Of a stretch of 64,000 bases of DNA, positions 10,942 through 21,903 are shown piece after piece. The notes below the pieces were generated by a model. That model had not been told where the DNA came from, did not search any database, and worked only from the letters and a program-made list of their open reading frames with translations. This stretch comes from an uncultured Verrucomicrobiae bacterium (GTDB lineage Bacteria > Verrucomicrobiota > Verrucomicrobiia > Limisphaerales > Palsa-1400), in assembly GCA_963702845.1 (NCBI GenBank), contig OY969763.1:4768001-4832000 (forward strand), written 5' to 3'. Both the position numbers and the translations under genes were made by a program. Within the stretch, counting starts at the first letter, position 1, and each line of letters begins with the position of its first letter.

Positions 10942-12267
10942 ATGAAAACTGTCTTGCTCATCGACGATAATCGCGAGTTCCGAGGGGTCGTCTCCGAATG
11001 GCTCAAAGAGCACGATTGGAATGTGCTCGAAGCCGACGACGGGGAAGTCGGCCTGCAACTGGCGTTACGCCATCATCCTCAGGCCATCCTGTGTGATTTG
11101 TTGATGCCGCGCTGCAACGGTTTTCAGTTTTGCCGCACCTTCCGCTCCCAGGAAGACCACGCCACTGGCACTGCGATCATCGTCACGACCGGCAGCGGTT
11201 ATGCGACCGATCGCATGAACGCGCTCGAAGCCGGTGCGGATGACTACATCGTTAAGCCGATTAATTTCACTAATCTCGCACGCGTGCTGGATCGTTTTAC
11301 GGACGGTGTTTCCACCGCCCGTCCTACACCCATTGTTGCGACTGATACACGAACGAAACTAAAGTTCTGGGGCGTTCGCGGATCCATCGCCGCTCCCGGA
11401 CCGAACACGGTTTTCTACGGCGGCAACACTTCCTGCATCGAACTTCGGGTTAACAATAATATTATCATTTTAGATGCCGGGACTGGAATACGTCCGCTCG
11501 GCCTCGCGTTGGATCGGGAGTTCAAAAGTCAGCCGATCGACATCAACATTCTGATCACCCACACCCATTGGGATCACATCCAGGGTTTTCCGTTCTTTCC
11601 GCCGGCTTATAACGCGCAAAATCGCATCACCTTTTACGGCTTCGAAGGCGCACGGCGCGGATTGCAGGCTACGTTGTCGAGCCAGATGGAAAGTCCGTAT
11701 TTTCCAATCTCGATGCAACAGATGCCCGGCCACGTTACGATTGAAGAACTGCGCGACCTGGAATTTAAGATCAACTCAGTGCCCGTGCGTGCCCATTTCC
11801 TCAATCACCCTGGCGTTTGCATGGGTTATCGCGTGCATACCGATGCCGGTGACATTTGTTACCTGCCCGACGTTGAGCTTTTCCAAAGGCTCCGCGCCGA
11901 AATGGAGAAAGAATCGCGCGTCGTTTCGAAAGAAGATCGCGAGTTCGCCCATGACCAAGACGCGAAGTTGCTCGATTTTATCACAGATTGCGAAGTGCTA
12001 ATTTTGGATTCGCAATACGATGCTACGGAATACCCGTCGCACGTCGGCTGGGGCCACAGTTGCATGGAAGACAGCGTCGCTTTCGCCATTAAAGCCAAAG
12101 CCAAACGTTTGTTCCTGTTCCATCATGACCCGGATCACACCGACGATCACATTTCGCGCATGGTTGCGCGTGCTCGTCAAATGGTGGCGCAACATCAATC
12201 ATCGCTCGTCGTCGAGGCGGCGCGAGAGGGGTGCGAGGTCGTTTTGGATAAACTCGTCACCGCCTAG
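10942..12267 (+). CDS. Response regulator receiver fused to metallo-beta-lactamase-fold hydrolase
   Basis: LLIDD...CDLLMP...KP receiver; WGVRGS, THTHWDHIQG (HxHxDH), GWGHS, FHHDP. Confidence 0.9.
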   Translation: MKTVLLIDDNREFRGVVSEWLKEHDWNVLEADDGEVGLQLALRHHPQAILCDLLMPRCNGFQFCRTFRSQEDHATGTAIIVTTGSGYATDRMNALEAGADDYIVKPINFTNLARVLDRFTDGVSTARPTPIVATDTRTKLKFWGVRGSIAAPGPNTVFYGGNTSCIELRVNNNIIILDAGTGIRPLGLALDREFKSQPIDINILITHTHWDHIQGFPFFPPAYNAQNRITFYGFEGARRGLQATLSSQMESPYFPISMQQMPGHVTIEELRDLEFKINSVPVRAHFLNHPGVCMGYRVHTDAGDICYLPDVELFQRLRAEMEKESRVVSKEDREFAHDQDAKLLDFITDCEVLILDSQYDATEYPSHVGWGHSCMEDSVAFAIKAKAKRLFLFHHDPDHTDDHISRMVARARQMVAQHQSSLVVEAAREGCEVVLDKLVTA

Positions 12268-12277
12268 CCGAGCGGAC

Positions 12278-12850
12278 TTAAGCTGTCTTGTCTTTTGCCT
12301 TTTGGGCTGCAATCGCTTCGGTAAACCAAAGAATTTCATCCAAAAACCCGGCGCATCGCTTTTCGTACGTTGGATCATTCGGAGTTCCGTCGTCTTTGAA
12401 TGAGTCCTGAACGCGCGAGACCGATAGATTTTCGGGAATCGGCAACGCGCCCATGCCCAGGCAGACGAGGCGAAGCTGGGCGAGGCAATTGATCCCGCCG
12501 AAGCCGCCTGCTGAAACCGTCACGATACCAACCGGTTTGCGTTCGTATTCGGGAAGCAAATAATCGAGCGCATTCTTCAACACGCCGGGATAGCCATTAT
12601 TATATTCAGGTGTGACAATGATGAACGAATCGGCATGATCGATCTTTTGGCCAAATTCGCGCAAGCCCGGCGGCGGATCATCACGACGATGCAGTCGTTC
12701 TTCCATGATAGGGAAGTTGTATTCCAATAGGTCCAACAGTTCGGTCGAGACATTCGGGCGTTGCTGGAGACGGGCGAGGACAAACCGAGCGACTTTGATC
12801 GAATGACGGTCGCGTCGGGTGCTTCCGCAGATGATTGGAATCGAAAACAT
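12278..12850 (-). CDS. NADPH-dependent FMN reductase
   Basis: GSTRRDRHS, TPEYNNGYPGVLKNALD, SAGGFGG. Confidence 0.92.
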   Translation of the reverse strand: MFSIPIICGSTRRDRHSIKVARFVLARLQQRPNVSTELLDLLEYNFPIMEERLHRRDDPPPGLREFGQKIDHADSFIIVTPEYNNGYPGVLKNALDYLLPEYERKPVGIVTVSAGGFGGINCLAQLRLVCLGMGALPIPENLSVSRVQDSFKDDGTPNDPTYEKRCAGFLDEILWFTEAIAAQKAKDKTA

Positions 12851-13248
12851 GGGCCGAGAATGTCTTTGCGCGGGCTCGGAATCAACCTGCAAACGAGCGC
12901 GGCGTGATTTCACTTAATCGAGCCAAAGACAGGAAGCGCCATTTCATTCAAATTAAGCCTAAGCCATTGAGCGAGTTTTGGATTGCATCCAACTGTATCG
13001 TTAACGCACAGCTTCCTACGTCTTTGACTCGACCATATCTATATGATATTCGATTTTTCCGGTAACCTGAAGCGATACGGACAAGCTGTTCGACTTGGTT
13101 TTTTATGGGACCAAAACAGCGAGTTTAGCCATTTTTTGCGTGTACAGGTCACGCATTATGCGTGGAAATTTTGCGCACGCGATGTTTTTGAGGTTTTGAG
13201 CCCAAAATTCTCCCTCGTAGACCATAGCGGAGCCCGGATTTTGGGCAA

Positions 13249-13264
13249 TGGCATCGTTAGTGCT
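13249..13264 (+). promoter_or_regulatory. Putative sigma-54 (-24/-12) promoter
   Basis: TGGCATCGTTAGTGCT: GG-N10-GC about 85 nt upstream of a pilin-like gene. Confidence 0.5.
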
Positions 13265-13347
13265 AAGATTCGGTCAAATCGAGTTGACACTGCAGAACGT
13301 GAATCTTTACAGTGCGCGCTCATTTCACAAATAACCACAGTATAGAT

Positions 13348-14124
13348 ATGAAAAATAAATGGACCAAGAAGCTTGCAGCTTTCACTTTGATTGAGCTGCT
13401 GGTTGTCATCGCGATTATTGCCATTCTGGCGAGCATGCTTTTGCCCGCTTTGGCGCGCGCGAAACAAAAAGCGCAACGTATTCAATGCGTTAACAACCAG
13501 AAACAACACGGAACCGGCTACCGCATTTGGGCTGGTGACAATCAAGACCGTTATCCGCAGCAATCCTCGAAGGCCAACGGCGGCTGGTCGGACATTGCGG
13601 CTGCCGGTTCTTGCGGTCCTTACGGTTGGACGAACTGGGTGATTATGCAAAACGAATTGGGCCAATCCCCCAAGATCCTGAATTGCCCGTCAGACGACCG
13701 CACCCCAGCGACCGATTTCAAATACCCCGGTGGCGCGCCTGCCGGCACGTTCGGCAATCTGAATGTGTCGTATTTCATTGGCATGGGCGCGAATGAAAAC
13801 TATCCGTTATCCATCCTCGGCGGCGACCGAAACCTCGGTTCCAGCTCGACTGACGCGAACTACGGTTATTCTCCTGTTGCTCCTTCTGTCGCCGGTAGTG
13901 ATCAATATCAAACTCCCAGTGTGCTCGCCACGAACCAAAGGACTGCGGCGTGGTCGATGAAGTTGCACTCCGCTGGTAACCAGGTTGGTGCCGGCAACAT
14001 CCTGATGGGTGACGGTTCGGTGCAGCAATGCTCCTCGGCTCGTTTCGTCAGCGACTACTTGACCAATGCGTTTGACACCGGCAACGGCGCGGTTGCTCCG
14101 TACATCCGTGTTGTGTTCCCTTGA
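13348..14124 (+). CDS. Prepilin-type N-terminal cleavage/methylation protein with C-terminal H-X(n)-DG motif
   Basis: [25 protein letters not shown]...CVNNQKQ, CPSD, LH...[10 protein letters not shown]. Confidence 0.92.
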   Translation: MKNKWTKKLAAFTLIELLVVIAIIAILASMLLPALARAKQKAQRIQCVNNQKQHGTGYRIWAGDNQDRYPQQSSKANGGWSDIAAAGSCGPYGWTNWVIMQNELGQSPKILNCPSDDRTPATDFKYPGGAPAGTFGNLNVSYFIGMGANENYPLSILGGDRNLGSSSTDANYGYSPVAPSVAGSDQYQTPSVLATNQRTAAWSMKLHSAGNQVGAGNILMGDGSVQQCSSARFVSDYLTNAFDTGNGAVAPYIRVVFP

Positions 14125-14151
14125 TTTAACAACCAATTAACTGACAGTCAC

Positions 14152-14186
14152 AAAGGCACCCGAAAGGGTGCCTTTTTTCTTTTTTC
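14152..14186 (+). terminator. Rho-independent terminator
   Basis: AAAGGCACCC-GAAA-GGGTGCCTTT hairpin followed by a T-tract. Confidence 0.88.
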
Positions 14187-14306
14187 ATAGACGCTGGGCT
14201 ACCGAGGCGGGCATTGCGTGGCCGTGTTGTTCTGAAGTCCAGTCTTCCAATAGAACCGAGGCGAGTTCTCGTTGACATCCCGCTGGACTGCATCCATATC
14301 CATGCG

Positions 14307-15559
14307 GTGAAATTGTGGCGTAGTGGCATTTTTATTTCCGCACTTGGCTTCATTGGAGGCCTCGGGAACTTTTGGTTTCAGGGCATTATTTATCGCCAGA
14401 TGTCGGATGCCGAATGTGGCTATACCAACAGTGCATTAAAGCTCATCGAGCTTCTCGGGTTGCCCCTCGCCATCATCGGCTATTCTCTGGTGCATTACAT
14501 CGCCCATTTTCGCGCCAAAGACGACGATGCTCGCCTTCAGGGTTTAATTTCCGGTTATCAAAATTTTCTGCTGCGTGTCACGATTGGGGGCTCAATCGTC
14601 GCCGCCGTGCTTGCGCCTCCGCTGACGTGGTACTTTGGTTTCCCACGCTGGACGATCAGCGTTGCAGCGCTCACATGCGTGCTGACTGGCATGTGGTCCG
14701 GATATGCGGTGGCACTTTGCCAGGGAATGGCCTGGTTCAAACGCCTGGCGATCATTGGGCTGGTCGCTGTCGCAATGCGCGTCGCCTTCGGCTGGGCGAT
14801 GACAAAAAGATTTTCCGCGGCGGAAGTCGCAGTCTCAGCGACGACATTTTCGCTATTGGCCAACCTCGTTTTGTTTTACTGGCGAAAAGACATCTTCAAA
14901 AGAGGCCAACAGGTCTCTCCCTGGGACAAGGAGTTTCGCACGTTCATGATCGTGGCTGCATGCGTGATCGGTGGAACCTTTTTCTTTCAAGCCGACCAGT
15001 TGATCGCGCAAAAGTACTTCACCGGCGAACAAACTGGCGCCTACGCCGCCGCAGGCAGGTTAAGCCAGGCACTCATCATGGTCGTTGCCCCGCTGCTGAC
15101 CGTTCTTTATACGTCGCGCTCCGGCCACAAGACCGGCAACGCACTGACCGACCAAAAGATATTGCTGGCTTTGTATGGCGTCGGCCTGATCGTGGCGCGG
15201 CTGGCATTTTGTTTCTGCGCGACCTCTTCATCCGGCTGCTGATGAATAAGGCTAATGCGAACGTGTCGATCATGATGGTTCCTTACACCGTCGCGATGGT
15301 GTTTTTCGGATTAAGCCAGGCGATTGGAATGTGGAGCCTGGCTAGCCGATGGTTCAAAGTGGCCATCCTTTACGGAGGTCTAGGATTGGTCTACTGGCTG
15401 GTGCTACTTGCGATCGGCAAAACACCGGAACAGTTATTGAAGGTGATGCCCTACGCGTCAGCGATTTGTTTCGTGATCTTATGTATCGGCTGGTTGATGC
15501 AGCTACGGAGCGGAAATAACAGATCGCCGAATGTAGCGGAAACGCCGGTTGTCGTCTAA
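14307..15559 (+). CDS. Polysaccharide/oligosaccharide flippase (Wzx/MATE-like), apparent frameshift near 15191
   Basis: About 12 hydrophobic segments, DQLIAQKYF...GAYAAAGRL; hydrophobic reading continues in another frame (GAAGILFLRD...) after one missing base. Confidence 0.75.
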
Positions 15560-15568
15560 AATTTTGCG

Positions 15569-16075
15569 ATGCGAACAGATCTCAAAACTGCTGAGAAGCT
15601 TTGCCTCTCCTGCGGGCTGTGTTGCAACGGTGTGATTTTTGCCGACGTGCAACTGCAGCGCGGTGATAACGCCGCGCGGCTCCGGAAATTAGGGATGTTG
15701 AAACCTAATGCCACGAAATTTCCACAGCCCTGTTCGATGCACGATGGCTGCCGCTGCGCGATTTATGCCGAGCGCCCGAAATATTGTCAGCAGTTCGAAT
15801 GTCTGTTGCTGAAAAACGCGCAAGAAGGACGCGTGACCGAATCAGAGGCGTTGCGCGTTATCAAAGATGGCCGGGAAAAAGCCGCGCGAGTCCAGGAACT
15901 TTTGGCCCAACTCGGCGATAACGAAACAACCATCGCCCTCAGCAAACGCTTTCAGTCGATGAGACGGAAGATGGAGAACGGGCCAACCGACCCGGAACAC
16001 ATCGATATTTTTGGGCTCCTCACCGTGGCCGTGCACGAACTCAACGTGCTTTTGAGCGAGCGTTTTTATCGCTAA
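15569..16075 (+). CDS. YkgJ-family cysteine-cluster protein
   Basis: CLSCGLCC...PC...CAIYAERPKYCQQFEC. Confidence 0.88.
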   Translation: MRTDLKTAEKLCLSCGLCCNGVIFADVQLQRGDNAARLRKLGMLKPNATKFPQPCSMHDGCRCAIYAERPKYCQQFECLLLKNAQEGRVTESEALRVIKDGREKAARVQELLAQLGDNETTIALSKRFQSMRRKMENGPTDPEHIDIFGLLTVAVHELNVLLSERFYR

Positions 16076-16161
16076 AGTCGTGCCTCTAATCGTTTCCCTC
16101 ACAGTGCGAGCAGGACTCGCCTGAATGACTTTTACGTCGATGTCTCGTAATCTCTTTCCGG

Positions 16162-16710
16162 ATGCCATTGGAAGAGCATAATGCCCAGTTACGCGCTGTT
16201 ATTGAACAAAATCAGCGCACGCTCGAACGCATGCAGCAGTTATTGGCCGCACTCGAAAAATCCATTACCTCGAATCCCGCGCACGACAATGCGTCAGATA
16301 ATAAGGTAATCCTCATCGTCGATGATAATCCGCATGACGCTCGCCGACTGGAACGCAGCGTGCAACGTTGCCGGTTGCTCACGCGCTTGCAAATTGTTGC
16401 CACTGGAGCAGAAGCCATCGCCTATATCAGAGGTGATGATCAGTATCATGATCGCGCGAGATTTCCCGAACCGCTTCTGTTGTTCCTGGATTTGAAAATG
16501 CCAAGTGTTGACGGTCTCGACGTCCTCGACTTTCTCAAGCAACACCCGCAATTTGCAAACTTCCCTGTTGTCGTGATGAGCGCACTCGGCGAGTCCAAAC
16601 AGGTCAATCGCGCCTATCATCTCGGCGCGCGTTCCTTCCTGGCCAAGCCGATCGATCCGGAAGAAGTCAAAGCAACGCTTCAAAAGTTGCACATTCCTGT
16701 CTTGGCCTGA
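16162..16710 (+). CDS. Response regulator receiver with N-terminal coiled coil
   Basis: ILIVDD, LDLKMP, FLAKP. Confidence 0.88.
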   Translation: MPLEEHNAQLRAVIEQNQRTLERMQQLLAALEKSITSNPAHDNASDNKVILIVDDNPHDARRLERSVQRCRLLTRLQIVATGAEAIAYIRGDDQYHDRARFPEPLLLFLDLKMPSVDGLDVLDFLKQHPQFANFPVVVMSALGESKQVNRAYHLGARSFLAKPIDPEEVKATLQKLHIPVLA

Positions 16711-16780
16711 CCGATTGGCGGCGAAACCAGGATCCTGAAAATTCTACCCACTTAGCGGGATTACGTTTAAGTTGGAATCG

Positions 16781-17548
16781 ATGTTTCGGCCCTGCATTGA
16801 TCTGCACCAAGGCAAAGTCAAACAAATCGTCGGCAGCACGCTGAGCGATGACCCATCGACTTTGCGGACCAACTTTGTCTCGGAACGGCCCGGGTCATGG
16901 TTCGCCGAACTCTATAAACGCGACGGTGTGCGCGGCGCGCACGTGATCATGCTCGGCAAAGGAAACGAGAGCGCGGCGCAAGAAACTTTGGCGGCATATC
17001 GCGGCGGTCTGCAAATTGGCGGCGGCATTTCCGTCGACAATGCGCGCGTTTGGCTCGATGCAGGTGCATCGCATGTGATCGTGACATCATGGCTTTTTCC
17101 CGACGGTCAATTAAGTTGGGATCGATTGAAGTTGCTCGCAGCCACCATCGGCAAAGACCAGCTCGTCATCGACCTCAGTTGCAAGAGCACCGGCGATGGT
17201 TACATGGTCATGACCGACCGCTGGCAAAAACCGACTGGCTACCGAATTGAAAAGGAAAGTCTTCACAGGTTGGCCCAGTATTGCGACGAGTTCCTCGTCC
17301 ATGCGGTCGACGTGGAAGGCATGTGCAAAGGTGTGGATTTGGATCTCGTCAAAATGCTCGCTAACTGGTCGCCAATTCCCGTGACCTACGCGGGCGGCGC
17401 AAGATCGATTGAAGATCTCGAAACCGTCACAAGCGCCAGCGATGGCAAAGTCGATCTGACCATCGGTTCAGCGCTCGATATTTTTGGCGGGACCGGAGTG
17501 AAATACGCCGACGCCGTTGCATTCAACAAAAAGGTTTCGGCGGCTTGA
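16781..17548 (+). CDS. hisA: ProFAR isomerase, His6 (eukaryote-like) type
   Basis: RPCIDLHQGKVKQIVG, HVIMLG, DLSC, HAVDVEG, DLTIGSALDIFGG. Confidence 0.92.
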   Translation: MFRPCIDLHQGKVKQIVGSTLSDDPSTLRTNFVSERPGSWFAELYKRDGVRGAHVIMLGKGNESAAQETLAAYRGGLQIGGGISVDNARVWLDAGASHVIVTSWLFPDGQLSWDRLKLLAATIGKDQLVIDLSCKSTGDGYMVMTDRWQKPTGYRIEKESLHRLAQYCDEFLVHAVDVEGMCKGVDLDLVKMLANWSPIPVTYAGGARSIEDLETVTSASDGKVDLTIGSALDIFGGTGVKYADAVAFNKKVSAA

Positions 17549-18534
17549 GCACTGCAAATGAACCAATCATTTCCGTGCGCGGCTTAACCAAGGCGTTCCG
17601 CACTTACAAAAAAGCGCCGGGAATTCTTGGCGCTGTGCGCGGATTGGTGCATCGCAAATACGAACAAACCGTCGCGGTCGACAACGTTAACTTTGAAGTG
17701 GAAGAAGGCGAGTTGGTTGGTTTCCTCGGCCCGAATGGCGCCGGAAAAACTACGACGCTCAAGATGCTTTCGGGATTGTTGTATCCGACTTCAGGGACGG
17801 CCCGCGTCCTCGGATACACGCCGTGGGAACGGGAAGACGGATATCGTCGACAATTCGCTTTGCTCCTCGGTCAAAAGAACCAGCTTTGGTGGGATTTACC
17901 GGCGCGCGAATCCCTTGAGTTGAACGCCAAAATATACGGCATCCCGCCCGCACAATTTTCCCGCACTGTTTCAGAACTGACGGAATTATTGCAGATCGGC
18001 GAGAAGCTGGATGTGATGGTGCGCGAACTTTCGCTCGGCGAGCGCATGAAGATGGAACTGATCGCTTCCCTGCTTCACAAACCGCGCGTCCTTTTTCTCG
18101 ATGAGCCCACGATTGGCCTGGATGTGGTCTCGCAAAAAATCGTCCGTGATTTTCTGCGCGAATATAACGCGAAGGAAAAGACGACGATTCTGCTGACGAG
18201 CCATTACATGCAGGACATTCAGGAGCTGTGCCGTCGCGTCGTCATTATCGATCACGGGAAGATTTTCTTCGACGGCCAACTGAGCGAAATTATCGATCGT
18301 TTTGCCGACGTAAAGATCGTCACAATCGCGTGGCAGACCGGTGCGAAACCACCGGCTGATTTGGCGAAATATGGCGAAGTGGTCAGGCAGGACAGCCAAC
18401 GCATCGAATTCAAGATTAAGCGCGACCAGGTCATCGCCGTCTGCAAACAACTGCTGGACGAGCTACCTGTCAGCGATATCGATATCCAAGACTTGCCGAT
18501 TGAGGACGTGATTCGACAAATCTTCGCGCGGTAA
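17545..18534 (+). CDS. ABC transporter ATP-binding protein (ABC-2 type)
   Basis: GPNGAGKTT, LSLGERMK, FLDEPTIGLD, TSH. Confidence 0.93.
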   Translation: MSTANEPIISVRGLTKAFRTYKKAPGILGAVRGLVHRKYEQTVAVDNVNFEVEEGELVGFLGPNGAGKTTTLKMLSGLLYPTSGTARVLGYTPWEREDGYRRQFALLLGQKNQLWWDLPARESLELNAKIYGIPPAQFSRTVSELTELLQIGEKLDVMVRELSLGERMKMELIASLLHKPRVLFLDEPTIGLDVVSQKIVRDFLREYNAKEKTTILLTSHYMQDIQELCRRVVIIDHGKIFFDGQLSEIIDRFADVKIVTIAWQTGAKPPADLAKYGEVVRQDSQRIEFKIKRDQVIAVCKQLLDELPVSDIDIQDLPIEDVIRQIFAR

Positions 18535-18601
18535 CGTTGAGCGTTGACGATGGTAGCCGCAAACCGATACGTTCCGCACAAACGATTGAGCAAACCTGAA
18601 T

Positions 18602-20260
18602 ATGAAAACTCCATCTTCTTTCCTGGCCGGACTTGGCATTGTCTTTTGTGCTCTTAGCCACACGCCACTGCAAGCTGCCGAGGCAACCGCGCGACCACAG
18701 GACAAACTCAATATCGTTTTCTTTCTCGTCGATGATTTGGGCTGGGCTGACCTCGGCTATGAAGGAAGCACGCTTTATCACACTCCAAATATCGACTCGT
18801 TCGCAAAACACGGTGTGCGCTTTTCGTCTGCCTATTCCACCTGTCCGGTTTGTTCTCCCAGCCGTGCCAGTATTTTGACGGGAGAATATCCCGCTCGACT
18901 TCATTTGACCGACTGGCTGCCCGGCCGAAAAAATTTCCCGTTTCAAAAACTAAAGAACGCCGGAACTGTCCAGCACTTGCCTTACGATCAACCAACGTTG
19001 CCGCAAGTGCTCAAGGAAAACGGCTACCGCACTGCCATCTTCGGTAAATGGCATCTCGGCGAGGAAAAAGATTCCACCCAACGCCAGGGATTCGATTTGC
19101 ATATTCCCGATTGGAACAGAGGTTGGCCCAACGAAACTTATTTTTCGCCTTACGGCATGAAAGGATTGGAAGGCGGCCCGAATGGCGAATATCTGACCGA
19201 CCGTCTCACAACCGAAGCGTTGAAATGGGTTGAAACGAACAAAGACCAGCCGTTCTTTCTCTACCTCGCCCATTTCGCTGTACACGATCCCATCATGGGT
19301 CGCGGCGATCTCGTGGCAAAATACGAACATGAGCTGAATCACGTCCCGCATCCGAGCGGACCGCCTTACATTCTCGAAGGAAATCCCGATGATAAAAATC
19401 CGCTGTCGCCGGAAAAACTGAAGTCATTGCTACAAGAGGACAAGCGCTACGACGCGTTCGGATTGCTCCCGCAGCGCACGGTAAAAATCAAAGAGCGGCA
19501 GGACAACCCGCAATTCGCTGCCATGGTCGAAAGCATGGATGAAAGCCTCGGCCGCGTTCGCGCCAAGCTCAAGGAATTGAATCTCGACGACAAAACAATC
19601 GTCATCTTTTTCTCCGATAACGGTGGCATGTCTGCCGCGAATTTGGGCAATCCGCAGAAAAGCATTCCACCGTCCAAATTGGACAAGCAGTTTTCCACTT
19701 CCAATCTTCCGTTACGCGGTGGGAAAGGCTGGCTTTATGAAGGCGGCATTCGTGAACCGCTTATTATCTATTGGCCGCACGCCGCGAACAACGGAACGGT
19801 TTGTGATGCGCCGGTCATCGGCACGGATTTTTATTCGACCATCCTGGATATGCTTCGACTCCAACCCAAACGAGCCGCTGACGACGGCACGGACGGCGTC
19901 AGTCTTGTGCCGTTGCTGAAGGCGGAGAAAGAAACAACCGATAAAATGGCAACGCGCGCCATCTACTGGCATTGGCCGCACTACAGCAATCACGGCGCGC
20001 AAAGTCCCGGTGGCGCGGTTCGCGTTGGCAATTACAAATTGATCGAATATTACGAAAACAACACCGTGCAATTGTTCGACCTGCAGAATGATCCGAGCGA
20101 ACAGCACGACATCTCTCATACCGTACCGGATAAAGCGCAGGAACTTACCGCCATACTCCACGCATGGAGAAAAAGCGTGAACGCGGAAATGCCGGTTCCG
20201 AATCCTGATTATGATCCGGCGAAAAAATGGCCGGTTAGTAAGCTCAGAGACGAACCTTAA
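18602..20260 (+). CDS. Formylglycine-dependent sulfatase
   Basis: NIVFFLVDDLG, CSPSRASILTG, GKWHLG, SDNGG; signal peptide. Confidence 0.95.
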   Translation: MKTPSSFLAGLGIVFCALSHTPLQAAEATARPQDKLNIVFFLVDDLGWADLGYEGSTLYHTPNIDSFAKHGVRFSSAYSTCPVCSPSRASILTGEYPARLHLTDWLPGRKNFPFQKLKNAGTVQHLPYDQPTLPQVLKENGYRTAIFGKWHLGEEKDSTQRQGFDLHIPDWNRGWPNETYFSPYGMKGLEGGPNGEYLTDRLTTEALKWVETNKDQPFFLYLAHFAVHDPIMGRGDLVAKYEHELNHVPHPSGPPYILEGNPDDKNPLSPEKLKSLLQEDKRYDAFGLLPQRTVKIKERQDNPQFAAMVESMDESLGRVRAKLKELNLDDKTIVIFFSDNGGMSAANLGNPQKSIPPSKLDKQFSTSNLPLRGGKGWLYEGGIREPLIIYWPHAANNGTVCDAPVIGTDFYSTILDMLRLQPKRAADDGTDGVSLVPLLKAEKETTDKMATRAIYWHWPHYSNHGAQSPGGAVRVGNYKLIEYYENNTVQLFDLQNDPSEQHDISHTVPDKAQELTAILHAWRKSVNAEMPVPNPDYDPAKKWPVSKLRDEP

Positions 20261-21739
20261 TTAAAAGTCGTCCGTGCGAAAGGGCGACGCCGGCAATCCG
20301 GCTTCGTTCCACAAGTTCACCACGGGATAATCGGCCCAGCCGTACCGAACCGCGACCGGTTTTTGCACAGCAGGACTGCTCACGACAATTTCGTTTTTGC
20401 CTTCGATCTCCGCGAGAGCCCAAACAAATTTGTGATCTGGCCCGCAAATCGCAAAACCTTTTAACGCACCCCCCTGCGACACCAAACCGCCATCAACATT
20501 GTCAAATGTCAGAATGATTTTGTCGCCCTTAACGCGCATGCCGCTATAAGTCGGTCCGGAATAATCAATGCCTTCGCTATAAGCGATTTTGCGCGCAGCG
20601 AGTTCGAGCCGTTGTCCGACCGGCTGCTTCCTCGTCGGATGAATATCATGTTCTGAGCCGACATCCGTGATCACCGCCATCCCCACCTTCGGCAGGGCAT
20701 GTGTCAGGAATGATTGTGATTCGCGCAACATCGCCCAATCGCTGTCCTGGGGCTGATGTTGGATATCTTTGAAAGGCGCAAGTTGAACGATCAGGAACGG
20801 AAAATCATGACCGAATTCCATCCGCCATTTCGTGATCATGGTTGCAAGCAACAGGCGATATTCTTTGGCTTTTTGACCATGCGCATTGGCTTCACCTTGA
20901 TACCAAATGGCACCGCGAAACGCGAAAGGCACCAGAGGCGCAATCATGCCGTTATAAAGTTCGCCTGGACGCCAAGCTTTGCGCTGTTTGCCGAGATTGG
21001 TAGGCGCCTTGTCGCCGCCCTTCATGTATTCGTCGATGTAATGCGCTTTTAAAGTCGGGCTTGCCGCCAGCGTGATCCACGGCGTCCACGCCTCCGCCGG
21101 AGTGCCGCCCCAGTCCGATTCAATGATCCCCACCGGAACATGACGATCCCGGTGCAACGCGCGCGCGAAGTAGTAAGCGACAGCTGAAATGTTCGCAGCG
21201 CTCTCCGGTGTGCACGTCGTCCAGGTAGCTTGGATGTTGTTCGCTGGAGAATCCAAACGCGTATTAGGAACGTCTATGAACCGAATATTAACATCGGTGG
21301 CGGTCGCGATGTCCTGTTCAGCCTGGAACGAGCGCTTCAGTTTGAACTCCATGTTCGACTGGCCACTGGCCAACCAGACTTCGCCAACGACAACATTTTT
21401 GAACTGGATGGTTTTGCCATTGCCTGAGGCAATGGTGAGTGTATTCGCTTCGTCTCCGCCTTGCAGGTAGTGGAAGTTCACCATCCACCGGCCATTCTTC
21501 ACCCGCGACTTCGCGCTATGTTTGCCGTAAGTGACGGTGACAACTTCTCCTTCCGGTCCCCAACCCCAAATCGGAACGGCCATTCCCTGTTGTAGCACCA
21601 TGTTATCTGAAAAAATATTGGGCACCCCCACCTCGCTATATTTCGAGGGATGCGCGTATTGCAGTCGCTGTGGGCTTTGACAAGCAGTGAGTGCGACGAC
21701 CGCAACCGCAAGAACGAGCTGTAATTTTCTCAGAATCAT
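20261..21739 (-). CDS. Sialate O-acetylesterase-like (SGNH/SASA) lipoprotein
   Basis: Lipobox LTAC; FSDNMVLQQ, SGQSNM, WYQGEAN, DIHP, VRYGW, PASPFRTD. Confidence 0.92.
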   Translation of the reverse strand: MILRKLQLVLAVAVVALTACQSPQRLQYAHPSKYSEVGVPNIFSDNMVLQQGMAVPIWGWGPEGEVVTVTYGKHSAKSRVKNGRWMVNFHYLQGGDEANTLTIASGNGKTIQFKNVVVGEVWLASGQSNMEFKLKRSFQAEQDIATATDVNIRFIDVPNTRLDSPANNIQATWTTCTPESAANISAVAYYFARALHRDRHVPVGIIESDWGGTPAEAWTPWITLAASPTLKAHYIDEYMKGGDKAPTNLGKQRKAWRPGELYNGMIAPLVPFAFRGAIWYQGEANAHGQKAKEYRLLLATMITKWRMEFGHDFPFLIVQLAPFKDIQHQPQDSDWAMLRESQSFLTHALPKVGMAVITDVGSEHDIHPTRKQPVGQRLELAARKIAYSEGIDYSGPTYSGMRVKGDKIILTFDNVDGGLVSQGGALKGFAICGPDHKFVWALAEIEGKNEIVVSSPAVQKPVAVRYGWADYPVVNLWNEAGLPASPFRTDDF

Positions 21740-21903
21740 GTGCTGAGCGTGCCATGAAGAAAGTTTTCGCATCAAGCGGTTTGTAGTTCCGGCTTTAACC
21801 GGTTCTGTGATGGGGGCCAACCCGCAGTCCCTTGAGACCATCGATCAATGTGCTTTTGACACCCTCACGACACGTGAGATAATCCGCAGGGCAAAATCCA
21901 AAT

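Noticed and set aside
14372..15190. N-terminal part of the 395-aa ORF
   Set aside because: Out-of-frame overlap with the flippase; only its hydrophobic C-terminal part is the real continuation
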